Of a DNA stretch of 64,000 nt, positions 29,250 through 38,152 are shown one piece after another (the stretch's first letter is position 1; each line of letters opens with the position of its first letter). Under the pieces are notes generated by a model, which had not been told where the DNA came from, did no database searches, and saw only the letters and a program-made list of their open reading frames with translations. The DNA is from Chloroflexota bacterium (GTDB taxonomy: Bacteria; Chloroflexota; Ktedonobacteria; Ktedonobacterales; JACDGC01). Location of the stretch: NCBI GenBank assembly GCA_021778805.1, contig JAJYBV010000001.1, positions 12,639 to 76,638 of the forward strand, written 5' to 3'. The position numbers were made by a program, and so were the translations under genes.

Positions 29250-30563
29250 TTATGCGGCTTCCGCAGAATTAATATGATTATTAACAGCCAATCTAACTTG
29301 GTTGCGGCCATTTCGTTTTGCAGTGTACATAGCGCTATCAGCATTTTGAATAATTGCTTCTAAGGAATTTCCGTCATAGGGATAAATAGCCACGCCAATG
29401 CTAACGGTAATTTTCAGGGTAATAACTTCTTCATCATTTTGCCGTCTGCCAACAATAACTGTTTCTTCTTTTTCGACATCTGTGCGTATTTTTTCGGCAA
29501 ATTGCGCCGCTTGCGTCATATCTTCAATACGGCGCAGCGCTGTAACAAGCGATGACACATCTGCGGTTTGCCATTTTTTATGTGTCAGCAGCGGGTACAC
29601 TGCCAAAAATTCCTCACCGCCATATCTGGCGGCAAAACCTGTAATTCCAATATTATTTTGTAAAATTTTTGCCAGTTTTACCAGAACCACATCTCCGGCT
29701 TTATGTCCATAGGTATCATTCACCTCTTTAAAATGATCGATATCACAAAATAATACAACAAAATGCAAATCATCAATTTGCGCCTTCTCAATCCATTCTT
29801 GTAAATATTGCAGCATCGTACCATGGTTAGCAATATGGGTTAGCGAATCAATCGAAGAAAGTTCCTCTACTTTAGCATAGGCTTCAGCTAGCTGCGCATG
29901 CGCTTTCTCAAGCTCTTTGTGCGCATATTCAACTTCTTTCATTTTATCTGCGTCGGATACTGCATGTTCAAACATATATGCGTATAAAGCTCCAATAATG
30001 GTAAGCGCAATAATAACAACAGTGGTAATTTCAAATAAAGATAACAAATCAGAGCTATACAACAGTTTATTGTGTATCAGCATGCCAGATTGTGAAACAA
30101 ATGCGAGAATAACGATCCCGATTTCGATACCGCCAAATATAAAGCTCGACCACCAAGGTAAAAATAATCCGGCAAATACCGGTGGCAATAACGCTTCGCT
30201 CCACACCCACAACAGCGCATGACCATTTTGCGTCCAAAAATTTAATGCGGTTAATATTACATATCCGCTTAAATAGATCACCGTTGACCACGCAAGTCTG
30301 CCTGTACGGTTCGTATATATTGCGGCCGCCATACATAATTCATATAAAAATAAAATAATCAATGAAGATATATTTCCGGTAAGAATTACTTCGATAAACA
30401 AAAGAAGACTTAATGCCATAGCCGCCATTAAGCCTATGCTTAATAAAAGATGTCTGCGCTTGCGCTCAATATAGCGGCGAGTTAGCTTTGTTTTTTCATC
30501 TGCTTCTAATACCGGGTTCGTCGCTTTAATAACATATGCGCTAATCGAAGCAATATATTTCAT
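29250..30563 (-). CDS. Polytopic membrane diguanylate cyclase (GGDEF)
   Basis: About six TM helices, then FCDIDHFKEVNDTYGHKAGD and an intact ARYGGEEFLAVY motif. Confidence 0.85.
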   Translation of the reverse strand: MKYIASISAYVIKATNPVLEADEKTKLTRRYIERKRRHLLLSIGLMAAMALSLLLFIEVILTGNISSLIILFLYELCMAAAIYTNRTGRLAWSTVIYLSGYVILTALNFWTQNGHALLWVWSEALLPPVFAGLFLPWWSSFIFGGIEIGIVILAFVSQSGMLIHNKLLYSSDLLSLFEITTVVIIALTIIGALYAYMFEHAVSDADKMKEVEYAHKELEKAHAQLAEAYAKVEELSSIDSLTHIANHGTMLQYLQEWIEKAQIDDLHFVVLFCDIDHFKEVNDTYGHKAGDVVLVKLAKILQNNIGITGFAARYGGEEFLAVYPLLTHKKWQTADVSSLVTALRRIEDMTQAAQFAEKIRTDVEKEETVIVGRRQNDEEVITLKITVSIGVAIYPYDGNSLEAIIQNADSAMYTAKRNGRNQVRLAVNNHINSAEAA

Positions 30564-30684
30564 AAAATTTCTCTATATTTTTCCATGTATCCATTACAAC
30601 AATCGGATAAAATATAGATTAAAAAAAGGCCTGTTTACCTGTTTGTGTTATCTCTGCGCACTTCTCAAATAATTCACAAAACAG

Positions 30685-31062
30685 TTACATTTGCGGCAAG
30701 GCTGTTGGCCCACAATAAGCAACCACAGTAGCAACACAAAATTCTTTTGATGATGATATGCTTACATCAGCATAAACCCAGCCCTGAGCGCGCGCAAGAG
30801 AATCGGCAGCGCCGCGCAGCACTAAATAGGGTTTTCCGGCAGGGCTGCGCAAGCATTCAATATCAATCCACTGCAAACCATCTATTCCCGTTCCCAACGC
30901 TTTTGAACAGGCCTCTTTTACAGCAAATCTGCCGGCGAGACTAATAATTTTATTCTGAAACTCCACCTTTTCATTCTCTGTATAAATACGATCTAAAAAA
31001 CGTGGCCCATAGCGCATCAGCGCTGTTTGAATACGGGCAATTTCAATCATATCAATACCCAC
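30685..31062 (-). CDS. acpS: Holo-[acyl-carrier-protein] synthase
   Basis: Starts (V)GIDMIEIARI and contains FAVKEACSKALGTG. The start is uncertain: GTG 31062, TTG 31068 or ATG 31050. The ORF track extension to 31218 overlaps ugd. Confidence 0.8.
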   Translation of the reverse strand: MGIDMIEIARIQTALMRYGPRFLDRIYTENEKVEFQNKIISLAGRFAVKEACSKALGTGIDGLQWIDIECLRSPAGKPYLVLRGAADSLARAQGWVYADVSISSSKEFCVATVVAYCGPTALPQM

Positions 31063-31111
31063 ACGCAAGGGAATGGGAATATTCGGCTGGTTAGAATATT
31101 GAAAGGAAGTT

Positions 31112-32485
31112 TCACTCACCGGAGTTATCCAACTGCGGAATCGGAGTCTGTAACACCGCAGCGTTTTCCATGCGCTGCAACGTGCCGCGGCCAACCCCGC
31201 GATAGATAAAACCGGCATTAATCATCCGCTTTGGCTCATAAATATTGCGGCCGTCAATAAGGATGGGCTGACGCATAACACTTTTTAAGGTTTCCGGCTG
31301 CAATGACCGAAACTCATTCCAATGCGTTACCAAAATTAAAGCGTCGCAGCCTTGCGCAGTTTCATAAGCGTTATCACAGTAAACCACCCGGTCATCTTGA
31401 ATGGCGGCGCGCGCTTTTTCTTTAGCGGCAGGGTCACAGGCGCGCACTTCGGCTCCCTGAGCCAATAAACTGTGAATAATATCGATAGATGGAGCGTCGC
31501 GCATATCATCGGTATTGGGCTTAAAAGCCAGTCCTAATATTCCGATAACGGCGCCGCGCAGCGAGCCAAGCAATACAGCGACCTTGTCGACAATTTCATT
31601 GCGCTGATCATAATTAATATCCAGCACGGCGTTTAACAATTGCGGGTGCAATCCCGCTCCGGCGGCCATATGCGCCAGCGCCATAACATCTTTGCCAAAG
31701 CAGCTGCCGCCAAACCCAACACCGGCGGCTAAATGGCGCTTCCCGATGCGTTGATCATATCCCATACCTACGGCAACTTCTTTTACATCGGCGCCTAATC
31801 GGTCGCAGATGCGCGCAATTTCATTGATAAAGGATATTTTAGTGGCTAAAAATGCGTTAGAGGCATATTTAATCATTTCCGCAGTATAAAGATCGGTAAT
31901 CATAATCGGCGCGCGCAACGGTAAATATAAATCTGCCACGCGCTGCGCCGCCTCGGGGCTATATGACCCCAACACAATACGGTCCGGCAGCTGAAAATCA
32001 TGTACTGCGGTGCCTTGCGCTAAAAATTCCGGATTCGCAACAATATCAAAATGAATATCGGGATGTTTGAGGTTCGCCTTGATAATTTCAGACACTACAT
32101 CACCGCTGCCAACCGGCATCGTTGATTTATTGACAACAATGACATCGTGATCGATATTTTTGGCGATCTGCTCTGCCGCCGCACGCACATATTGCATATC
32201 TGCGCTCCAATCACCGGTGGCGGGTGTGTTCACCGCAATAAAAATCATTTCTGCGTTAACCAAAGCGTCGGCGTAATCTGTAGTAAACCGAATTCGGCCT
32301 GCGTCCGCGCCGCGGCCTATCAATTCACCAAGGCCAGGCTCAAAAATGGGAACCACACCGCGCTGCAAACCGGCAATTTTCTGTTCATCAATATCCAAAC
32401 AAGTTACCGAATTGCCTAAATCTGCCAAACAGGCTCCGGTTACAAGGCCAACATAACCGGCTCCAACTATTGTTATTGTTTTCAT
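31112..32485 (-). CDS. ugd: UDP-glucose 6-dehydrogenase
   Basis: Starts MKTITIVGAGYVGLVTGACLADLG and contains the catalytic-Cys motif GFGGSCFGKDV and LAFKPNTDDMRDAP. Confidence 0.92.
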   Translation of the reverse strand: MKTITIVGAGYVGLVTGACLADLGNSVTCLDIDEQKIAGLQRGVVPIFEPGLGELIGRGADAGRIRFTTDYADALVNAEMIFIAVNTPATGDWSADMQYVRAAAEQIAKNIDHDVIVVNKSTMPVGSGDVVSEIIKANLKHPDIHFDIVANPEFLAQGTAVHDFQLPDRIVLGSYSPEAAQRVADLYLPLRAPIMITDLYTAEMIKYASNAFLATKISFINEIARICDRLGADVKEVAVGMGYDQRIGKRHLAAGVGFGGSCFGKDVMALAHMAAGAGLHPQLLNAVLDINYDQRNEIVDKVAVLLGSLRGAVIGILGLAFKPNTDDMRDAPSIDIIHSLLAQGAEVRACDPAAKEKARAAIQDDRVVYCDNAYETAQGCDALILVTHWNEFRSLQPETLKSVMRQPILIDGRNIYEPKRMINAGFIYRGVGRGTLQRMENAAVLQTPIPQLDNSGE

Positions 32486-32802
32486 ATTTTTACTCTTTAA
32501 TCAGTATCGTTTCCGTTAGGTTAACAGAAATTCACAGGAATTTCCAATGAAACATATTCTGCCAAAGACCGGCAAATATATTCAAATGTATTGTAATGTA
32601 TATTATAACGAATAAAGCGCATGATTCGTGGCAATTTGCCGATAGGCAGCGCAGTTTTCTTTTTTCTTCTTATCGGCTTGACGATGATTGGAAATACATA
32701 CATAATTAATAATGACACATTGAAACATTTGGCAGTTTTGCCTAAGAAATCTAGCGTATTTCCATATGATTTGAAACATGCTGTCAGGAGGCGTTTGGAA
32801 CA

Positions 32803-34782
32803 TTGCAAAGATATTCTCTGCGTGACGCCCTGCGCCGCGCTGAATCTGCCTTAGAAGCAAAGAAAACCGATGAAGCGCTGGCATATTGTGAACAAATTTT
32901 AGCCATAAAACCAAATTGGTTTGAAGCGCTAAGAGTAAAGGCCGATTGCTATGCCGCGCTGCAAAAATACGCCGAAGCAGAAACATTGCTTACCGGCTCG
33001 TTAAGCATGGATCCGGAATATGTGCAGGCATATCTTTCTCGCGAATATGTAGCGCGTTTGCAAAGCGATTGGGGTGTGGCTGCGTTTTGTTTGCGCCGCG
33101 CCTGTGAATTGACACCGCAAAATGGGCAAATTCGCAAATCATATAATCAATTGGCTGCCCGATTAGGCCGCCAGCCATTTACACCATCGCATAGCGGGCT
33201 TGCAAGATTATATATGCGATCCGGCTTATTTGAATATGCCCTGCGTGAATGGAATATTGCGCTGGATATGAACCCGAAATTGCTCGAAGCTCAGCTGGGC
33301 GCCGCGGAAACGCATTGGCGCATGGGCAATATGCGCCGCGCACAAGAAATTTGCCGCTATGCCGCCCAAAATAACGCCCAATGTGTAAAAGCTATCTCGC
33401 TGTTGGCGCATATGGAGTTTTTATCCGGACACGAAACCGACTCCATCTACTTATTTACCCAAGCGTCTCAGTTTGATCCTGAATTATTGATTGCCCATAA
33501 ATTGCTGGATGATTATACTGTCGCCGAGGGATCACATCTGCGCAGTTTATTAAAACATGTCACATTAAAAGCAGTCGATTCAATTATATTAACGGCGCCG
33601 GCTCCAACAAATTCACGATTAGCCACCGATTCCGCCGTAGGTAATCTATTTGTTCCACACCCCAAAACCGCGCCGCTGCCAAACGGAAAACTGGATACAG
33701 GGCCGCTGTTCAACAGTTCAACAACCACCGACGCAGAGCCGCTGCAACCGCAAGAAAACCAAAACGCCGCGGAAGATTACTTCAGCCGGTCTAACGCTTC
33801 CATTAAAATGCCGATGACCAACGCAGAAATTTTTAAACAAACTGAAATAATGCTATGGGGTAAAGAATCCGCGGATGACTCCACCGAAGATATTGAAGCA
33901 ATTATCGATGAAAAAACGCAAAGCGCAGAACCGGCAGGGGATGCGGAAGACGCAAAATTCATTGATTGGCTGATTGCCCAAGGCGCAAAAACATTCGGCC
34001 AAACCGATCCTGCCGCAGTACATACACCTGCGCAAATGCCCGCAGCAAATTCTGCAGAAACACTGAGTGAAACGGTTGCGCCACCGCCATTTTTGCTGAA
34101 CGCATTGCAGCAAGGCGATGAGCACCATAATGCGGCAAATTCTTCAACGCTGCCAGAGCCAGATCGCGCTGATATTCCAGCGGCGCAAAGCGCTGAGAAG
34201 CCTATAGATGAACATGTTACTTCTATTGAAGACGCAGTTCCATATCAAAATACCACGGAAGATACGGCCGGCTCACAAAATTTTACGGCAAAGCCAACTG
34301 AATCGGCAACCGAAATTTTACCCTTAGTAACCGACAGCAGCGCCAATATACATAGCGAATTGGTTAAGCCAGAGCCGCAGGAGCAGAATCGGCAGCAAAA
34401 CACCGCCATTACTATTGAGCAGATAGACCAGCAGCTGCAATCTGTTGGCTATGCGCCGCTAAAAACCGGCCATTTAGCTGAATTTTCTGCGCCGGATGCT
34501 GAAGAAGATACATCTGCAACACAAGACCAGCGTTTGCATGCAGCGCGCGCATACCGCAAAGACGGCCGCAGCAGCGACGCCATTACAGAATATGGCATTC
34601 TTATGAAAACGAACGCCGATTCACAAATACTTATCAGCGACTTAAAAGACGCTGCGCTGGAATTCCCGGCTGAACCGGATATTTTCCGGCTTTTAGGCGA
34701 CGCGCATATTCGGGCAGGCAACTATATCGAAGCGCTGGAAGCATACAACCGCAGCAGTTCATTACGCCAGCAGCGGAGATGA
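32803..34782 (+). CDS. TPR-repeat protein with a long acidic/Gln-rich low-complexity linker
   Basis: TTG start 11 nt after aggagg (32786-32791). TPR repeats are at both ends (ALAYCEQILAIKPNWFEALRVKADCY..., IFRLLGDAHIRAGNYIEALEAYNRS). Residues about 270-560 are low complexity. Confidence 0.6.
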   Translation: MQRYSLRDALRRAESALEAKKTDEALAYCEQILAIKPNWFEALRVKADCYAALQKYAEAETLLTGSLSMDPEYVQAYLSREYVARLQSDWGVAAFCLRRACELTPQNGQIRKSYNQLAARLGRQPFTPSHSGLARLYMRSGLFEYALREWNIALDMNPKLLEAQLGAAETHWRMGNMRRAQEICRYAAQNNAQCVKAISLLAHMEFLSGHETDSIYLFTQASQFDPELLIAHKLLDDYTVAEGSHLRSLLKHVTLKAVDSIILTAPAPTNSRLATDSAVGNLFVPHPKTAPLPNGKLDTGPLFNSSTTTDAEPLQPQENQNAAEDYFSRSNASIKMPMTNAEIFKQTEIMLWGKESADDSTEDIEAIIDEKTQSAEPAGDAEDAKFIDWLIAQGAKTFGQTDPAAVHTPAQMPAANSAETLSETVAPPPFLLNALQQGDEHHNAANSSTLPEPDRADIPAAQSAEKPIDEHVTSIEDAVPYQNTTEDTAGSQNFTAKPTESATEILPLVTDSSANIHSELVKPEPQEQNRQQNTAITIEQIDQQLQSVGYAPLKTGHLAEFSAPDAEEDTSATQDQRLHAARAYRKDGRSSDAITEYGILMKTNADSQILISDLKDAALEFPAEPDIFRLLGDAHIRAGNYIEALEAYNRSSSLRQQRR

Positions 34783-34791
34783 TGATTCGAT

Positions 34792-35130
34792 ATGGAAGAA
34801 ATACTTCAGGCGCTTTTAGCGATAGATTCGGTTACGTGCGCCGTTTTAGCCAGCCGCGATGGATTGATTATTGCCAGCGCCGCGGAAGATTCTGCGCACA
34901 TGCCACGGGCAGCCATTGCGGCGGCGCTGATGGAAAACGCCGAAAAATATTGCCGCGATATGCGGTTAGGCGGTGTACAGCAAACAGTAATTACAGCGGG
35001 AAACGGGATTATGGTACTCACCGAGGTAGGGCGTATGCTTTTAATTACTGAATCTTCCCGGCTGAACGCCGCGGGATTGGTTATGGCGGAATCGCGCCGC
35101 GCATCCAGAGCATTGCAAAGACAGCAATAA
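34792..35130 (+). CDS. Roadblock/LC7 (MglB-like) domain protein
   Basis: 112 aa. ILQALLAIDSVTCAVLASRDGLIIASA...TAGNGIMVLTEVGRMLLITES matches the Robl/LC7 pattern. It starts 10 nt after the TPR gene. Confidence 0.65.
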   Translation: MEEILQALLAIDSVTCAVLASRDGLIIASAAEDSAHMPRAAIAAALMENAEKYCRDMRLGGVQQTVITAGNGIMVLTEVGRMLLITESSRLNAAGLVMAESRRASRALQRQQ

Positions 35131-35164
35131 TTAAGCTTTAAGCAAAGCATAAAGCAAGATGCCC

Positions 35165-35225
35165 GGAGACAGCATGCCTCCTAATGGGGACGATTCCTCT
35201 TATTCCTTTTTAGGCGTTGGTCTCT
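35165..35225. repeat. T-family element copy 1 (gcatgcctcct.a.g...tattcctt...gtctc) between convergent genes
   Basis: It shares gcatgcct(c/t)ct(g/a)a(c/t)g ... t(c/t)ttattcctt ... gtctc with 36791-36857 and 55024-55106. Confidence 0.7.
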
Positions 35226-36174
35226 ATAATTTTTGTATGATATATTCTGCTAAGCGAACACTGTCTTCTTCATTGCGCATCACCGTATCCGCAACAATCA
35301 CACGCATGCCGGTTTCCTGTTCTACGGCCGATTGCAGCGCTGCATCTTCTGAATCCAGCACAAAGATATCTAAAATGTCTCGATAATATCGCGCAACCCC
35401 CAGCGCGCTAGATTCCGCGCCTAACTCCGTCATCATGCGGTCTGCCGGACCCTTTAAAGCTTTTCCGCCGATAATAGGGCTAACGCCAACCCGCGGGATA
35501 TTTTTTTTAGCAGTCAGCAGCGCGCGCATAGCGCCGGTTGCTAAAATTGGCTCAATACTTACCAGCGGATTCGATGGGCAAAAAAACAGTATCTCGGCGG
35601 CGGCAACAGCGGCTGACACTTCCGCGGTTATTTGTGCAGATTCAATTCCTTGAAAGCGAACAGCGCTAATGGGAACATCATGCCGTAGCTTCACAAAATA
35701 TTCCTGAAAAGCCAGCCAAGCGCCATTTGAAAGTAATTCGGTCGCTACAGGATCGTTTGTCATCGGCAAAATCTGCGCATGGTTCGGAACACCTAAGCGC
35801 TGCGCCAAATATGAAGTTACTTGGGTGAGTGTGCGGCCTGCGCGCAGGAGTTGTGTGCGCATAATATGCGTCGCCAAATCGCGATCTCCCAGCCAGAACC
35901 ACGATTCACCGCCAAGCTTTGCTAATTGGTTATGCGCGGCGAACGTATCTTCGGCAATGCCCCAGCCGGTATCGGGATTAGCGGCGCCGCTTAATGTATA
36001 CAGCATTGTGTCAATATCCGGTGAAATTGCCAATCCATGCATGGAAAAATCATCTCCGGTATTGACAATGATATGAAGCGTTTGCTGCTGCTGCTGCGCA
36101 ATTTTTACTAAACCGCGCGCAAATTTAGCGCCGCCAACACCGCCGGCCAGGGCTACCCAAGACATATTTGCCAC
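35224..36174 (-). CDS. cofD: 2-phospho-L-lactate transferase (F420 biosynthesis)
   Basis: Contains VALAGGVGGAKFARGL, IIVNTGDDF, ISPDIDTMLYTLSG and WFWLGDRDLATH. Confidence 0.85.
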   Translation of the reverse strand: MANMSWVALAGGVGGAKFARGLVKIAQQQQQTLHIIVNTGDDFSMHGLAISPDIDTMLYTLSGAANPDTGWGIAEDTFAAHNQLAKLGGESWFWLGDRDLATHIMRTQLLRAGRTLTQVTSYLAQRLGVPNHAQILPMTNDPVATELLSNGAWLAFQEYFVKLRHDVPISAVRFQGIESAQITAEVSAAVAAAEILFFCPSNPLVSIEPILATGAMRALLTAKKNIPRVGVSPIIGGKALKGPADRMMTELGAESSALGVARYYRDILDIFVLDSEDAALQSAVEQETGMRVIVADTVMRNEEDSVRLAEYIIQKL

Positions 36175-36181
36175 CTATTTC

Positions 36182-36583
36182 CTAGTCTAAATTTGCAAAA
36201 ACACGATCGATATGCATATGGATCGATACGCGCTGCTCTTTCATAAAAGCTTCTACTTGGCTTTGCGCCGCTTCGGGGCCATTATAGCGAATAGCCAGCC
36301 GTTTAATATCTTCTTGCGCAACCGCTTGGTTGTCAATTAATTCTGCCTTGCCAACTAAGGTAACAAATCGATACCCTTCTTCTACGCAAAGAGAAATAAC
36401 CGGATTTTTTCGCATATTTTTTTCTTTAACGCGACCAGCCGCAGTATTCATAAGAACCAAGCCATCTGCAATATCGTACCACATAACCGTTTGCTGTGGA
36501 ATATTTGAAGAGCCTATTGTAGCTAAAACACCAAAACGGCGCTCCTGAAGGAACGCCAGAGTTTTTTCATCAAGCAATGCCAT
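36182..36583 (-). CDS. PPOX-class (pyridoxamine-5'-phosphate-oxidase fold), probably F420-dependent oxidoreductase
   Basis: MALLDEKTLAFLQERRFGVLATIGSSNIPQQTVMWY...NPVISLCVEE. It lies immediately upstream of cofD on the same strand. The ORF track start at 36643 is an extension. Confidence 0.7.
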   Translation of the reverse strand: MALLDEKTLAFLQERRFGVLATIGSSNIPQQTVMWYDIADGLVLMNTAAGRVKEKNMRKNPVISLCVEEGYRFVTLVGKAELIDNQAVAQEDIKRLAIRYNGPEAAQSQVEAFMKEQRVSIHMHIDRVFANLD

Positions 36584-36790
36584 GCATGTTACCTGCCGTT
36601 TTATTCGAATAAATGGGAATCTCCCATGTATATCATAGGGCAACGCTGAAAATCATGGCAAATAATGCATGGAGTGCAAGAACGAGTTGTTGCTAGATTG
36701 GAATATTGCTTAAAATAGCGTTTACGGCAACTACCGGAGCCATATAAGAGTTAAAGTATATAGGACTTGAGCATAGAAAGCAGAAGGCGC

Positions 36791-36857
36791 GGAGGCGGCA
36801 TGCCTCCTGACGAAGCCAGAGGTGTCCCCAGATACTGTTTATTCCTTTCCAGTCTCA
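36791..36857. repeat. T-family element copy 2
   Basis: ggaggcggcatgcctcctgacgaagccagaggtgtccccagatactgtttattcctttccagtctcag. It contains the ggaggc/gcctcc hairpin and a GGTGTCCCC core related to module A. Confidence 0.7.
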
Positions 36858-36879
36858 GATTTCTAGTATAAGCAAAATT

Positions 36880-37153
36880 GTAACTACTCAGAAGATAAAG
36901 CCAGGAATGGCTATTCTAACGACAGCGCAGCTGCAACAATCTGAGATTCGTAAGGGGCGGCGCCTGCCCACTGCGCGGGGATTGGGGTATCCCTAAATAC
37001 CTATTTTATATCCAAAGGAACCCTGCACGGTACACCTGAGGCCATGCAATCCGGTAGGGGCGACCCTTGCGGTCGCCCTTGCTGCTTGACTATCAATCCC
37101 GCGCTGTATCTTTTGCTTTATGGAGACCTTGTCAAAATCCCCTGAGTAGTTAT
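36880..37153. mobile_element. MITE-like non-autonomous element (~274 bp) bounded by 11/12-bp terminal inverted repeats
   Basis: The left end is gtaactactcag (36880-36891) and the right end is ctgagtagttat (37142-37153), an inverted match at 11 of 12 positions. The interior holds module G (inverted), a degenerate module A (36944-36998) and module B (inverted, 37023-37085). It has no coding capacity. Confidence 0.55.
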
Positions 37154-37175
37154 GAAAAACTTTATATGTACCTTT

Positions 37176-37251
37176 GCTACGGAATATTCAAAGAACCAAT
37201 TATGGCGTTCCCGCAGGAACGCCAGAGGATTTTTTCATCAAGCAATGCCAT
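37176..37251 (-). pseudogene. Decayed 5' fragment paralogous to the PPOX gene at 36182-36583
   Basis: In minus sense, atggcattgcttgatgaaaaaa(t)cctctggcgttcc... matches the first ~35 nt of the intact gene almost exactly. An indel and an internal deletion follow. Homology ends where the repeat cluster begins (37153). Confidence 0.6.
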
Positions 37252-37327
37252 AGATAAAAACTGCCATTTTACGATATACATGAAAGATTTCCATCTATAT
37301 GGAAAAGAGTCGCAAAAATTATGGCAA

Positions 37328-37924
37328 TTAATGGGCGCTATGCAATAACGCAACGTAAAACGCTGCAAAAACTATTGAAACGATGGCGCCAATAACAAAC
37401 ACAATTACCGCAGGTATAACTACTGTTAAAATTGCCTTTCCTTGCGACAGTTTATGAACCGATTGCGTTGCTAAAACAGCCATATATCCGGCAAATAAGG
37501 CAATTAATAAAGCCGCAAATGTTCCCAAAACAGGAATGATACCTAAAATAGCATCTACAGCAACTACCGGCGCCATAATAAGCGATAAAGTGTACATATA
37601 TGGCAAAAACTGGCCTGTTCCTTTAAAAGCATACACAGCAATAGCCCATAAAATACCAACTCCAATAAAGGCGCCGATAAATTCACCAATAAATGTACTG
37701 AATAATACAGAAACAAAACTAAAAGGGTGAAAAACGGCTGATATAACAGCTGCAACTGCAGCGCCTGCCCCAATAGTAAACAATGCTTCAGTCCAATTAG
37801 CGTTGGCTTGTACAGCATCGAAAGCGGCAACACTGCGTTGGGTATAAACATTGCGGCTGTTGTTCAGCAACACCTGTAACGATTGCTGAAAATTAAATGA
37901 TGTAGTTGGTTGTGGTGTACTCAT
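37328..37924 (-). CDS. Yip1-like polytopic membrane protein
   Basis: 199 aa from MSTPQPT. It has a soluble N-terminus and then about five TM helices. The family assignment is tentative. Confidence 0.4.
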   Translation of the reverse strand: MSTPQPTTSFNFQQSLQVLLNNSRNVYTQRSVAAFDAVQANANWTEALFTIGAGAAVAAVISAVFHPFSFVSVLFSTFIGEFIGAFIGVGILWAIAVYAFKGTGQFLPYMYTLSLIMAPVVAVDAILGIIPVLGTFAALLIALFAGYMAVLATQSVHKLSQGKAILTVVIPAVIVFVIGAIVSIVFAAFYVALLHSAH

Positions 37925-38102
37925 CTGAATTTTTCCTGCGGGCGGCAATACGTCCGCGGTCCTTTCTTAAACATGTTCCGCTCAAAGTAAAATATTTGGC
38001 GATATTTTACCTCTTGGTTTCAGTATATACCCCCAAATAACCAAATAACAGTAAATAATTCATTAAAAAAACGGTTATTTTGCAATCGATGAATAATCCC
38101 TC

Positions 38103-38129
38103 TAAATTATTGAAAAAAAGGTCCGATAA
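38103..38129 (+). promoter_or_regulatory. Sigma28 (FliA/SigD)-type promoter match upstream of cheW
   Basis: TAAA (38103-38106), N15, tCCGATAA (38122-38129), compared with the consensus TAAA-N15-GCCGATAA. It is 24 nt upstream of the cheW ATG region, which has the RBS ggaagggaggg. Confidence 0.55.
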
Positions 38130-38152
38130 CAGATAAGGAAGGGAGGGCTACC

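Noticed and set aside
32636-32690. GCCGATAg (32636-32650 region) and, on the minus strand, GCCGATAA (complement of about 32668-32675), as further sigma28 -10 elements
   Set aside because: No TAAA-like -35 lies at the required 15-nt spacing; the observed sequences are gcat/cgca and TATT. These are probably chance matches in an AT-rich intergenic region.
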